Shown here piece by piece: positions 26,901 to 41,074 of a stretch of 64,000 nt of DNA; the stretch's first letter is position 1; every line of letters starts with the position of its first letter. The notes beneath the pieces were generated by a model. That model had not been told where the DNA came from. It did not search any database and was given only the letters and a program-made list of their open reading frames with translations. A program made the position numbers and the translations under genes. The stretch comes from Octopus sinensis (Eukaryota), in contig NC_043008.1 in NCBI RefSeq assembly GCF_006345805.1, positions 33,232,001 through 33,296,000 on the forward strand. The letters run 5' to 3'.

Positions 26901-29900
26901 ATGACTGTCAAAGTCAATAGCCACAATGTTATGAATTCAGAACACAGAAGCATTCACATTGCTCTGCCAAATGTAATGTTCATTTACTTACATTGTCTTG
27001 AATTGATCATGCTTTATCTTGAAGCTTTGACATTTCAATGATGTGAGTGTTTGTTTTTAAAATGACATTGTAGGATAGATGTGAGAAGCCAGATCTAGCC
27101 AGTTTGAACATAAAACAGGTAAAATATTTGAGCCAAATATGGCCAGTTTAAATGCTAAAGGGTTAAGGTATTTAAACTTAACTTCCTTCTTGTATTGTAT
27201 GGAATATTAGTTAACAAGTAAAACAAAACAATGAAATGACAAACATAAATCATATAGACTTACCTCCTGCATTAGCCTATCTTTAGGGTCAGAAACTTCC
27301 ACAATGGTTGGTTCAATGTAATAACCTTTGCTTTAAGAGAAAAATAAAAACATATAAAGAAATTAAATTACATCATGACATGTGGTGAGTGTTGTATAGA
27401 GAGAGAGAGGGGGGGAGGTCCTATTGAAGCTCAAGAGTATCTTGTAGTTTCTGAGAAAAACATGATTGTCACAACATCCCAGTATAACAAGCTGACAAAG
27501 AAGCTTATACATGGCCACTCAACCTGATATAAATAGTCACCAAATCACCTTCAAACAAACTACATTCTACTCTGTTAAAAGATGACATTGGATATTGTAT
27601 TCTAGGGGTCATGGGAAAATAAGGTACACAAGAGATACCATCAAACACTCAATCTGACTATCTGTCAATGGAATAATCACTAATAGCTCAAGACCAGAAA
27701 TTTATAAGCGCAGGGGGATATAATAGAATGAATCAATACCACCAAAAATACAGGTAATTTTATCACTTCCAAAAGGATGATAGACAAACAAACTAAATAG
27801 ACAATGTTTATTCAGTTGGTCATTCAGAGCTGATAAGTCATAGTGTTGCTATGACTACGTTTCCCTGCACCCATTTGCTCACATAAACAAAGTAGCTACA
27901 AAATGAATCATGAACTGCATGTGTATATGCATGTATATGTATATGTATTGATGTTTATTGATGTATTGATGTTTATTTACTGGTTTCAGTCTTTGGACTG
28001 TGGTCATGCTGGGGCAATACTTTCAGAATTTAAGTTGATTATACAAAGCCTTGTATTTAGTCAGCGAATTTATTATTTTATTGATCTTTATTTGTTGAAT
28101 GGATAAGTCAAGAGCTGGTGTTAAATGATGTAGTTCAATAACCAGATACTATAAAGTATTTTTATTTCATTATTTTATAAACCACACACACACACACATG
28201 CATATAGGGCAAGGGCATTGCTATGTAGTTAAGAAATTTGTTTCCCAGCCATATGGTTTCAGGTTCAGTTCCACTGATTGGCACCTTAGATAAGTGCCTT
28301 CTACTATAAACTCAGTCAGATCAAAACCAATTTTCAGAGAATATGGTAGATAGAAACTAGAAGCCCATCATACATATACATGTGTCCCTATGTTTATATG
28401 TATGTGTGCGTTTGTATCTCTTTTCTGTCTGACCCATGCAAGCATAGAAAAGTGTACATTAAAATGATGATGATCTCACACACAAACACACACTGTAAAT
28501 TAATAACAAGCTATCTCCACTTACCTGTCATCGTACTTCCCGCCAGCAATAATTTTTGTTTTGGGCGAAGACTGAGCATAATCAATATAGCCCTTGATTC
28601 GTTCAAATGCCTGCAAAACAAATACATTTGCCAATGTCAAACTGTTTGCTTAGAACAGAAATAAATGTAACTATAAAAATAAATATGACAGACAAGATGT
28701 TATTATTACAACTGGCAAAATTGTTAGCACTGTGGGAGAAATGCTTAGCAATATTTAATCTGTCTTCCTTTTGGGGGTTGATAAAATAAGTACCAGTTGA
28801 GAATTGGGGTCAATGTAATTAACCCCCACTCCCAAATTTCAAGCCTTGTGCCTATATTAGAGAGGATTATTAGAACTGGTAGAATCATTTCTTTATTGGC
28901 CAAAATGTTAGGGCAGCACTTCTTCCAGCATTTTATGCTCTATGTTCAAATTCCTCTGAGCTCAACTTCGTCTTTCATCCTTTTGGGAGTCAATAAAATA
29001 AGTGCCAGTTGAGCACTGGGATTGATGTAACTGACTTACCCACACCCCCAAAAATGTAGGTCTTGTGCCAAGATTTAAATATATTATCACAAAAAAAGCT
29101 ATTACATGATAATTTAATTAGCAGAGATGCTATCCTGAAGTTTGGCGACAAGTCTTCTTGAATCTCAAGAATCTTTCTGGTAATTCTGACAGAACGCAAG
29201 AGAGCACTTTTCCTACATGTCAACAACATTTGTCTCAATTCCAGTATTCTTCAGCCCCTTAAGGAGCGGTCTAAATGTAGTGGATGCTGAGTGCCCCATT
29301 TACCACAGGACTTATTTTTACCTTTGTGTTCCACTATTTCTTCATTACTCTGGCTTAGTCCTGATATTCCTCAATACCCATTCTAGTATTATAGAATGTC
29401 AACAAGTTCACAATGTTTCTTCCTTTTATTTTCCACAACCATACCTATTCTCCTTATCTCAATAGTATGATCAGTATTTATGGAGAAATGCTATAAAATC
29501 CCATAATTATCAATCAACAGGACAGCCATTGGTTTTTGTCCATACCATTTTCCCATCACTTCAAATCACAGACTTGGCTAACATCTCAATACACTTTTTT
29601 GACTGACACCTTCATACCTGCATTTATATTCTTTTTATGCTAGTTTACTGCACCTGCTTAGAAGATGGTTAAACTTCTGACTCCTTTTCCAAACATTCCG
29701 CATGTGTTGTCTGATTGAGTTTTAACAATTTTTTGTCAGAAATAGCAAAATCGTTAGCATGCCAGGCAAAATGCTTAGTGGCATTTCATCCATCTTTCCT
29801 TTACATTTTAGGTTCAAATTTCACTGAGGCCAACTTTACCTTTCATCCTTTTGAAGCCAATAGAATAAGTATCAGTTGAGTACTGACTGGATCAATGTAA

Positions 29901-31736
29901 TTGACTTATCCCCTCCCCTGAAATTGCTGGGCTTGTGCTAAAATTTGAAATCATCATCATCACTATTGTTGTTTTCTTGTTAGAGATTTCTGAGGTATCA
30001 ACCTTGTCCTTGGATACCTTCAGCAGATTTCCTTCTGCTGACTCCTTATTTACTCTACATCTACATTTTTCCTGCAAGCTTTTCCTTACAAATGCTCAGG
30101 TTAGCTATTGGGGTCATCAATTGTAACAGTCTAGGAGGGTTTTCTCCTTTCCTGACATCATATTAAACGTAAAAATAAAATATTCTCCATTGAATAATTT
30201 GCCCATCCATTCCTTGATGTTTCTGTTAATCGTTATCTCTGTCTACTGCTCCTTCTTTCCCTTTTTACAGTTCCTTGATGAATAGTCTTTCTCAGGTCAA
30301 TGTATCTGGTCATACCATCCCAGTTTTCTTTCATTCACTGTAGTGTGAGAGTGTGAATGGGGGATGATATCAATGTGATGCTGAATGGTTTTGTGAACTT
30401 GCTCATTTGAAATGTGATCCAAGTACAAGATACCTAAAACGTTGTGGTAACATCTCATTTCACGTGCCTATGTCTCTCAGTATCTGTGCAACAAGAAGAG
30501 TTTGTGTCTTACATGTATAGAGGAAAATAGAGAATACTAAATATGAGGTATCACATACTGAAGGTTTACCCAATGTGGTCCAGTTCTATACATGCTTTCA
30601 GCATTGACTACTCTGAGAGCTCAACTACTGAGAAAAGGACAATCATGCCTGGAATGCATTGGATTGTATGCCTGCTTACTCACAGATGAACTAGAGCCTA
30701 AGCAACAACACTGTTTTTGTCAGTCTGCCTGACCGACAAAAGCATACAGGTGCCAATCCTACTTTATTGTTGAGTGAGTAAAGGACGACAAAATTTTAAG
30801 ATATAAAACTATGTATCTCACTTCCTTATAAAAAAAAAACCCTCTCCTAAGCAAGCCTGATATAAAACAAACAAAAATTAATTTTAACTCTTGCGTTACC
30901 ATATTTCAGTTGAAATACACTGAAAATAAGGAAGAAGTTAACAGAATGACCGACATTAATGAGCTGGTGTGTGGAACATAAATTAACATGAAATCTTGGT
31001 GGAAGGTTTGAATTCAGATTGCTTTAAACAGGCACTTTATATCACAGAGCAAGGAGCAGTTTTGAGCAGGTTGGTATCAAAAGAGTTAAGCTGTTTATCA
31101 TATTTACCTTGTCATCAATAACAGCAGAGAAAAAACTGTCTGCCTCCAAAGGAGAGCCTATTTTAAACTTCTTGATTTCTTCAGCCATTCTTCCTTTAAC
31201 TTCATCTGCTTTAGATTCCGGCAGATATATTCTAGAACAAGCAGAACACTTCTGACCACCATATTCAAATGCAGAGCGCAAGGATCCATTGACTACAGCA
31301 TCAAGGTCACCAGAAGGATGTGCAAAATGGAAATTCTTACCACCACATTCTGAAAGGTCACAAATAATAAAAGGAAAATTTTAAAAATAATAGTTTCTGT
31401 TTATTGTCAAAAAGGATGAAGAATAGAATACATTAGGACAAATTACAAAACCATATATGAGGATTTACATCAAATATGAATAGAAATAACCATCTGACAA
31501 GATAAAGGGATATGTAATATAGCAGATTATACGAGGGTGTGCCTATAAGGTATTGTTCGCCCTTCCAAGTTCTTTTACAGAGCATAGGAAAACTGAAGGA
31601 CTGCTACAATAAATATGTGAATCTGAGAAGGGGATATGTTGAAAAAAATCATAATTAACTGATCCTCCTATATTTTCTTTTACCCAAAGTCAGGTATTTT
31701 TCAGCACCCTCTATTGTGTGTGTGTGCATGTGTGTG

Positions 31737-31770
<34 letters not shown>

Positions 31771-31795
31771 TATATGTATATATATACATATATGC

Positions 31796-31842
<47 letters not shown>

Positions 31843-33508
31843 TAGAAAATAATTGAGATTCAGTTGAATTAGGTACTTAAGTTGAAGCTCCAAAAATTAG
31901 TGTGGTATTATCTGTACAACTCAAAATAAGGTGAAAGCATATGGACAAGAGCAACCTGAGTAACAATAGATTAGAGCTAAGGGTATCATGTGTACATAGT
32001 CTCACCCATACATTTAAATATTTTCGAAATTAGCAGTTTATAGGTGCTGTGCTTGAACTGGATTGATGGAAACTAATTTTAATTTTAGTGTTGTATCTGA
32101 TTATACTTACCCTCTGGTATTATATATATATAAATTAAATCTTGGTATAATGAGTTATATAATGAATTAAAGTACATTGCATAGCTGTATAGTATAGTGA
32201 ATTAGTGTGCTACAGGTAGTTACTATCCTATGAATATTCCAGCCTAGTTGAACTGACTTCATCATGGTTTTAGTGATTAAACTATTTATTCCTTTCTATA
32301 GTATTCTACCCTACTACCATATTATTATTTTTATAAAGGCCTTTATGTAAGTAGACCTCCTAATTATGTACTCCTAGGAAATTATAATGCCATGTATGTA
32401 GTAGCACTGGTAACTTTACAATTTATAATATACCTCTTAGCTTATAATTAATATATAGTTAGCATGTTTTATTGCCCCAGTATTCCATTAGTAAATACCC
32501 AGATCAGTCTTTATAGATACTACCCAATAAGTAAATAATTAAGTATATGAAAGAATATTAAACTAATTCTATGTAATTTCCTCTTTCTATTGTTAAAAAT
32601 TTGGTATATTTACAAAATTTATCTATTTGGTTATAATATCTTTCTTGATAATCCTAAATTTTATCTTTATACAACATAACAATACTGTTTATAATCAATC
32701 ACCCCATGATAAAATTTTCTTTGTATTAACATCATTGGTTTTATTAGTACCTTGCCACTTTAACTGGTAATTAACATCTTCATTTGAGGTCTTCCACTAC
32801 CCAACCTCCTTTACTGTCAGTTACTTTATACAACTTCAAAAAAATCTTGACAATTTTTATGACCATACCCACTATGTACTGTCAACTCACTCCAGCCCTT
32901 TCCAAACAGACACAATCCTCTAGTCTTAGAGTTGGTAATTGATAAACAAGACTAATAAATTAAAACTGAACCAAAATCTGTTAAAGCTATGACCCCAACA
33001 AACTTTTCCTGAAGTCTAGTATATTCTAAGCTGAAGTGGTGGCAGCATGGACTTTGTCTGTTTTCTTATTCTATTTGAGTTTTTAAGTAAAATTATATTA
33101 ATGTGTCCAACTGATAAAAAAATTCTATTTATTTATCTGTGCAGCTGAGAATAGTTCTATATTTAAAGTGATGTAATGATTGTATTGTTCAATTAAATGG
33201 AGCCACTTGAAACGTTCGCACTGCATCACCTCTGGATATCCTGTTGCTAATTTTGATTATATATATATAATATAGATAGATAGATATAGGTGCAGGAGTG
33301 GGTGTGTGGTAAGTAGCTTGCTTACCAACCACACGTTTCCAAATTCAGTGCAACTGTGTGGCACCTTGGGCAAGTGTCTTCTACTATAGCCTTGGGCCGA
33401 CCAAAGCCTTGTGAGTGGATTTGGTAGAAGTCTGTCGTATATATATATATAAATATATATATATATATGGAAAGCGGATGTTAAACGACGATGATGATGA
33501 TATATGTA

Positions 33509-33539
<31 letters not shown>

Positions 33540-36500
33540 GTGTGTATATGTTTGTGTGTCTGTGTTTGTCCCCCCAACATCGCTTGACAACCGATGCTGG
33601 TGTGTTTACGTCCCCGTAACTTAGAGGTTCAGCAAAAGAGACTGATAGAATAAGTACTAGGCTTACAAAGAATAAGTCCTGGGATCGATTTGCTCGACTA
33701 AAGGTGGTACTCCAGCATGGCCACAGTCAAATGACTGAAACAAGTAAAAGAGTATATGTATATTACTATTATTGCTGCTGTTGTCTATTATTATTATTGT
33801 TGTTGTAATTGTCATTATTATTATAATGCAAGGTGGCAAGCTGGCAGAAACATTAGCACGCTGGGCAAAATGCTTAGTGGTACTTTGCCTGTCATTACAT
33901 TTTGAATTCAAATTCTGCTGAGGTCCACTTTGCTTTTCATCCTTTCAGAGTTGATAAATAAAGTACCAGTTGCATACTGGGGGTCGATCTAATCAACTGT
34001 CCCCCTCCCCCAAAAATTTTGGGCCTTGTGCCTAGAGTAGAAAAAATTATTATTATAATGCATGCTTTATTGTTAGCTTAAGGCAAATTCTTAGTTCCAT
34101 AAATGCAAGGAAAAAAAAACAAACTAAAACCTATAAAAGAGTAGTGTTGATGGTGTGATGGAGTGGCAGACACAGAGTTTCTAATATAGTACTTCTGAAA
34201 GCAACTCACCTCCAATTAGCCGAGGGTAACTTTGATAGGTATCCAAATTGGCAGCAACTTGCTTCCATAGATGTTTGAACGTCCTGGAAAGATAGAAGAA
34301 ATTATATTTTACAATAACAAAAAAATAGAATAGAAATGTATACAAAAATAGAATACAAAAAACTGCTGACCCTGTGGTGGTGGTAGTAGTAGTAGTAGTT
34401 TGACTAAATTCAGGCAGCATTTGGCTACATAGGTTTATGCTCTGGATTCAAATCCCTCTCTAGGGTTAACTTTTGCTTTCTTTCTTTCCAAGACAAATCA
34501 AAAAAGCATCAGATAAATACTGGTGTTGATTTATACCTTCTGTCCAATTCATGCGGCTTTAACTCAAATATTAGAAATCATTATTTTACATACATTAAGA
34601 TAGCAGACTGGCATAATCTTTAGGGCATCAGAAAAACTAAATGCTTTGCAGAGTCTCTTCCAGCACTTTATGTCCTCAGTTCAAATCTTACCAAGCTCAC
34701 CTTTGCCTTTCATCCCTCCAAGGGTGATAAAATGAGCTGCCAGTCAAGTACATGACTGTAATTGACTAATACCCACCTCATCAAACTATTGGCCTTGTAC
34801 CTTGATTGGAAACAATTATTTTTGTCAATGAATTCCATCGAGGTCGACTTTGCCTTTCATCATTTTAGGGTTGATAAATTAAGTACCAGTTGCATACTGA
34901 GGTCAATCTAATCGACTACCCCCTCCCCTGCCCCACCTCCCCCAAAATTTCAAGCACTTGTGCCTAGAGCAGAAAAGATTATTTTTGTCAATGAATTCTC
35001 TCCTTTGACTTTGATGCAGAGTATACCAGTCATCCAGTTTACCTTTGATGTGGTTGAACAAACAATCACAACCAGATGGGATTCACAGAATGGGTTGTAC
35101 TATTCATCCTTTTGATAGCCAAATCCAGAATGTGGCTAGCGGGACCTGCATTCAGGTGATTTTCCCAAGTCACTATCTCGCCCTTCCACACTAATCCATC
35201 ACGGGGTTATCCATTTACAGCTGAGTGGATTGGGGTAACATAAAATGAAGTACAACCAGTTTGGGAACTGAAGCCATGATCATGTACACAACACTTTAAC
35301 CAGTGGGCCATAAACCTCCAATCAACTGTATTACCTACCTCATATATTGCAGAGTAAGCTGGCAATGCTTTCTGAGATTTGCCAACACTACACCTGATTT
35401 TCTCCCCTCCATACACACGCAAGCATGTATCTGACTCATACACTGTTCACTTCCCAGACATTTGTACATTACTGCATATGCTTTATACGCACTTTTGACA
35501 AGTTGTGGTGCACCTGAGCACTGTATACAATAACTTCATTATTATATATAAAATTGTCAGCACAGTGGACAAAATGCTTAGCAGTATTTCTTCCATCTTT
35601 ACGTTCTTAGTTCAAATTCCACCACGGTTGACTTTGGACTTTGACACTTACTCAGGAGGATAAACAGTAGATCAAATCAAACTGGAGGCTACATATTTGC
35701 AAAGTGAATTTCTAAACCCTTCAAGTATACCCATAATGATTTATGCATGCGTGGGCATGCACGTACGTGCACGCGCGCACACACAGCAGGTTAATAAACA
35801 TGATGAATTTCCTCTCCTGAAGACCAAACAGTACTCCCAGCTAAAGAGAGACATTATCAACTATGACAGGTCTGCCAATACAGGACTTACTTCACACTTC
35901 CAGTAAAGTTGATACCAGACAGATAAGGGGATGAGGTGATTGTATCTCCAAATACTGGGCCATCAGCAGGTAAAAAGTTAATAACACCTGGTGGTACTCC
36001 AGCCTCTCGCAGGATCTGGAAAGCTATCCAGTTAGACAACATGGCAGTGTCTGATGGTTTCCACAAGCAAACGTTTCCCTGAAAAATAAAAACAAAAAAC
36101 ATGTAAATCATTTTAGATCAAAGAACAGATAATCTAGAACTTACCAATATGATACTAACTAATGGTAGGAAAACGGCTTTTATCTCAGGTACCTGAAGGC
36201 CATAAATTTTGAGGGATGTCAAACGATCAATTATATCAATTGACTGGTACTTATTTTATTGACCCTGAGAAAGTCGAAAGGTAAAATTGACCATGGAAGA
36301 ATTTGAACATGAAATATAAAGGGATATAACTAAATACATGTGTGTCTGTGTGAAGAACTAATCTCACATGCATTATACGTACAGAATATCACTGCCCTTT
36401 GCTGATGTTTGGTAATTTTTATCTGACAGATGCAAAGATGTTTTTTGGGAGACAGAGCTTAAACAGAAATCCATCATATTTATTACTCAGTTTGTCTGTC

Positions 36501-37648
36501 TGATTGTCTCTCTCTCTCTCTCTGTGAGAGAGAGAATGGGCGAGTGAGTGAGAGTGCATGTCTATGCACATATAAGAGTACATGGCTGTTTGTCTCTACA
36601 TGCCTCGCATTCACACCAACTAGGTGACACTTATCACGTCCTGCAAGAAGCTGGTTTGATATATGAAGACCAGTGGAGTAGCTTACTCGCAAACAAGGGT
36701 CGGTATCAAGAAAGGCATCTAGTCTTAGGATACTACCTCAAAAAGTCTCATCCAACTCATGCTAGCATGGAAAAAGCTGACATAAAAATGATAATATCAT
36801 CATATATATTATCATCATATATATATAATGTGCAAGCATAGCTTCCCAACCACATGGAAAACACCTGCCCAAGGTACAATGCTGAGTCACTTTGGATAAA
36901 TATTCTCCTAATACCCTTCCCTCTACCTGTGCCACTTATTATATTCCTCCACTCCACCAGCTTCCACACTCTTTTGCAGTCTAGTGAACTTTCCCACCTA
37001 ATCACCCTCTTCAATCCTCAGGTCACTTCACTATATGCACCCCACTTTAACTTGGGTGTACAGCCCCTACTCCTCCCCATCAGATTCTTACAATCATCTC
37101 TCTCTCTCTTTCCACCAGAAATAACCAGGTTTCTCCTCTAATGCAAGACAACATTTTAGTCCCTCAAATGTTTTTACCACCCCTGTTAAAAGGTCTTGTC
37201 TTGCATGTTATTTGGTGATTTTGTTGCAGCAACTTCCACATAGAAAACACCAAGTACACTCCATAAAGTGGTTGGTTGGTATTAGAAAGGGTAGAAATTG
37301 ATGCAGTCTTCTGACTTGCCAGTTACTGTCAAACCATCCAATCTGTGCTAGCATGGAAAACAAATGCTAAATGAATATATGTATGTATGCGTCAGTGTCT
37401 GACTGTGATTGTCTGTACTCATCTTGACATCATGTGATGGTTGTAAATGAGCATCACCATCAAACAAGGGATGTTGTTCATCTCCAGGCTTCCATGATGA
37501 AAACATCTTTGGTCATGGGGAAATATTTATTACCTTCTTTGGAAACAGGTGAAGGTTAGTAATAAAACAAGCATGCAACCATAGAAAATGTGCCTCAATA
37601 ATTTCCATCTGAGCTATGCAAGCATAGAAAAGTGTACATTCACTGATG

Positions 37649-37679
<31 letters not shown>

Positions 37680-38973
37680 ATATATTATATATATATATAT
37701 TTATATATATATATATATATATATCATCATCACCATCATTTAACATCTGTTGTCCACACTGGCATGAGCTGAACAGTTTGACCAGCGCTGGTAAGCTGAG
37801 GGGCTACATCAGATTCCAATCTGATGTGGCATGGTTCCAATAGCTGGATGCCCTTTGTAATGCCAACCACTCTGAGAGTGCAATGGGTGCTTTTGCATGC
37901 CACCAGCACAGGTGTCATTTGCATGACACAAGTATCTACTATGACTACGATTTTACTTGTCTTGGTGGGTCTTCTTCTTAAGCATAATGCGAAAGGTCTC
38001 AATCATTTGTCATTGCCTCCACAAGGCCCAATGCTCGAAGGGTGCTTTTTACATGCCACTGGCATGGGTGCCAGTTATATGACACCAGCATTGGCCACAA
38101 CTATGATTTCACTTAGCTTGATGGGTCTTCTCAAGCATGGTATATTGCCAAAGGTCATGGTCGGTAGTCATTGCCTCCATGAGGCTCAAAGTTCAAAGAT
38201 CGTGCTTCACCACCTCGTCCCATGCCTTCCTGGGTCTACCTCTACCCTAGGTTCCCATCATAATTAGAGATCAGCACTTCTTGACACATCTTTCTTCGTC
38301 CATGTGCATCACATGACCACATCTCATGCCTCTTATATTCAACTTTTCTCTCAAGATGCTTACACTCTCTTGTACATGCACACTGACATTGCACATCCAG
38401 CGATGCATGCTAGCTTCATTTCTTTCAAGCCTGCATGTCCTCAGCTGTCACAGCTCATGTTTCACTGCTGTGTAGCATAGATGTTCACACACAGACATCA
38501 TACAGTCTGCCTTTTACTCTGAGGGAGAGGCCCATTGTTGCCATCAGAGGTCGGGGCTCTCTGAACTTTGCCCAGCCTATTCTTATTCTCACAGCTACAC
38601 TTTCAAAGCATCCACCTCTGCAACTAACTTGGTCACCTAGGTAACAGAAGCTATCTGCTATCTCTAGCTTACCCCACCTGGCAGTTGATGGAGTCTAATT
38701 TCTGTACATTTTCAGTGTCTATTGTACCTGTGCACCTTCCACACACAAAAACTATTTTCCCAGTTAACCTTCCTCTGATATTACTGCACCTTTTATGTGA
38801 CCATAGCTTGCACTGGGAGCATCTTATGGAGTTTCTACCAAGACTGGAACCTGGTGCATCTCTCCTGCTTGCCAGCTCTGGTCAAACCATCCAACCCATA
38901 CCAGCATGAGCATGGACATTAAATTAAGAAGATGATGATGATATATATTACACACACTTATATATATATACAC

Positions 38974-39018
<45 letters not shown>

Positions 39019-39091
39019 AATTAATAATAATATTAGGGAGTAAATCCAAATTTACAGGGATTTGCCTAATAGTGGTTTTATCTCTAATTTA

Positions 39092-39136
<45 letters not shown>

Positions 39137-39141
39137 GTATG

Positions 39142-39221
<80 letters not shown>

Positions 39222-40993
39222 TATGCACACAGACACATGCATACAAACATACATTCAAAGTCAGTAAGTGATTAAAGGGTCACAGAAAATTATGTGTTAA
39301 GTGTAAGCAAGTTAGCATTTTGCTTAGAAGAACGACAATTTGTTGACATATCTTAAGAAGTTAGTAAGTGATTAGCGGGTCACAGAAAATTATGTATAAA
39401 TATAAGCAAGTCAGCATTTTGTTTAGATAATATACATAACAAGCGTGCTTAGAAGAATGTCAATTTGTTGACATATCTTTTCAAGTGGTTATACTTAAGA
39501 TAAGAGAAGAGGTGATAAGTTTCTTACCACAATGGCAGGTGCCACAGGTAAATGTGCTCCAATGGCTGTGAAGTTGAAGGGGGTTATCGCAGCCCAAAAG
39601 CCCTGAAATACAAGATAGCAAAATGTCAAATCATACATTAATAAAATTGGACTATTACAATGAAAGTCTATATTCAAGCTTACATTTCTCTCTTTCTCTC
39701 TCTCTCTTTGTGTGTGTGTGTGTGTGCGTGCGTGCCTGAATGATGGCCCAGTCATGGCTGTGTGGTTAAGTTTGCTTCACAGCCATATGGTTTCCAGTTC
39801 AATCCCATAGCATGGCATCTTGAGTGAATGTCATTTGCTATAAAACTGGACTTATCAATGCCCTGTGAGTAAAATTTAGTAGATAATAACCGTATGTATA
39901 TAGCTCATTATGTGTGTATGCATATGTTTGTCTTCATATGTCTTCACATTGGCAACAGAGACCTCATTTATGAATGCCATAAACAAGGCTGGCAGCAGTT
40001 TGGTGTGACTTAGATGAAAGCAAGTAAAAGTCAGAGTCAAAATGGGCATCTGACTACAGAAAAATGCCAAAAGGAGCCTAATCCAAACCATAACAGAATG
40101 GAAAAAGCAAACATAAAATAATGCTGCTGTTGATAACAATGATGATGACGACGTATGTGTGAGCATGTGCATATCTAAGTAGTGAGTATGTGTTTTTGTG
40201 AACATGCACATGTGTGTGTGTGTGTAAGAATTTGTGCATTATCTTCAAGCTTAAGTTCTCCATTGTTTACCTCATACCTGTACCTCACACCTGTACACAA
40301 GCTTCCATGACTTCTCTAATTTCCTTAATTAAAAGGCAGATTACATACTAGAAAGTGAGACCACATTTGATTTAATGTTTGAAAACTGATCAACCAAGTG
40401 AAATGAACATACACCCATAGCATTCAGCAATTTATTAAAACATATCAATTACTCAAATTGTATCAAATTCTCTGCATAGTTTGTAATCTGCTTTGTTCTC
40501 AACAAACAATACTAAAAATTACATGAATGTCAATATTCGAGTTTATGTCTCTCTCTCACTCTCTCTATCATACCTTGATACTGTGTGAACTATGATCCCC
40601 GTTGACAAGCCACAGGTATTTATAGAGTGTTAAACACTTTTTGTATGCAAATTAGGGACTCTTTTATAGAGTAACTGCTGCATTTGTTGAGTATATAAAC
40701 AGTTTGGCTGCTTGTCAGAATGATGTAGACGCCTCTGATGAGAACCCAATAAGGTTTGAAAATTAATTAAGGTTGTTCATAATTTTTTTCAGTCTGCAGA
40801 GAAATTACTAAAATTCACCCCATTTATAATTATACCATATGTTACACACACACACATCATCATCATCATCGTTTAATGTCCATTCTCCATGCTAGCATGG
40901 GTTGGACGGTTCGACCGGGGATCTGGGAAGCCAGAAGGCTGCACCAGGCTCCAGTCTGATCTGGCAGTGTTTCTACAGCTATATATAAACATA

Positions 40994-41074
<81 letters not shown>

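Noticed and set aside
33200-33225. GAAACGTTCG as a hammerhead 3' half
   Set aside because: No upstream CUGANGA or stem II.
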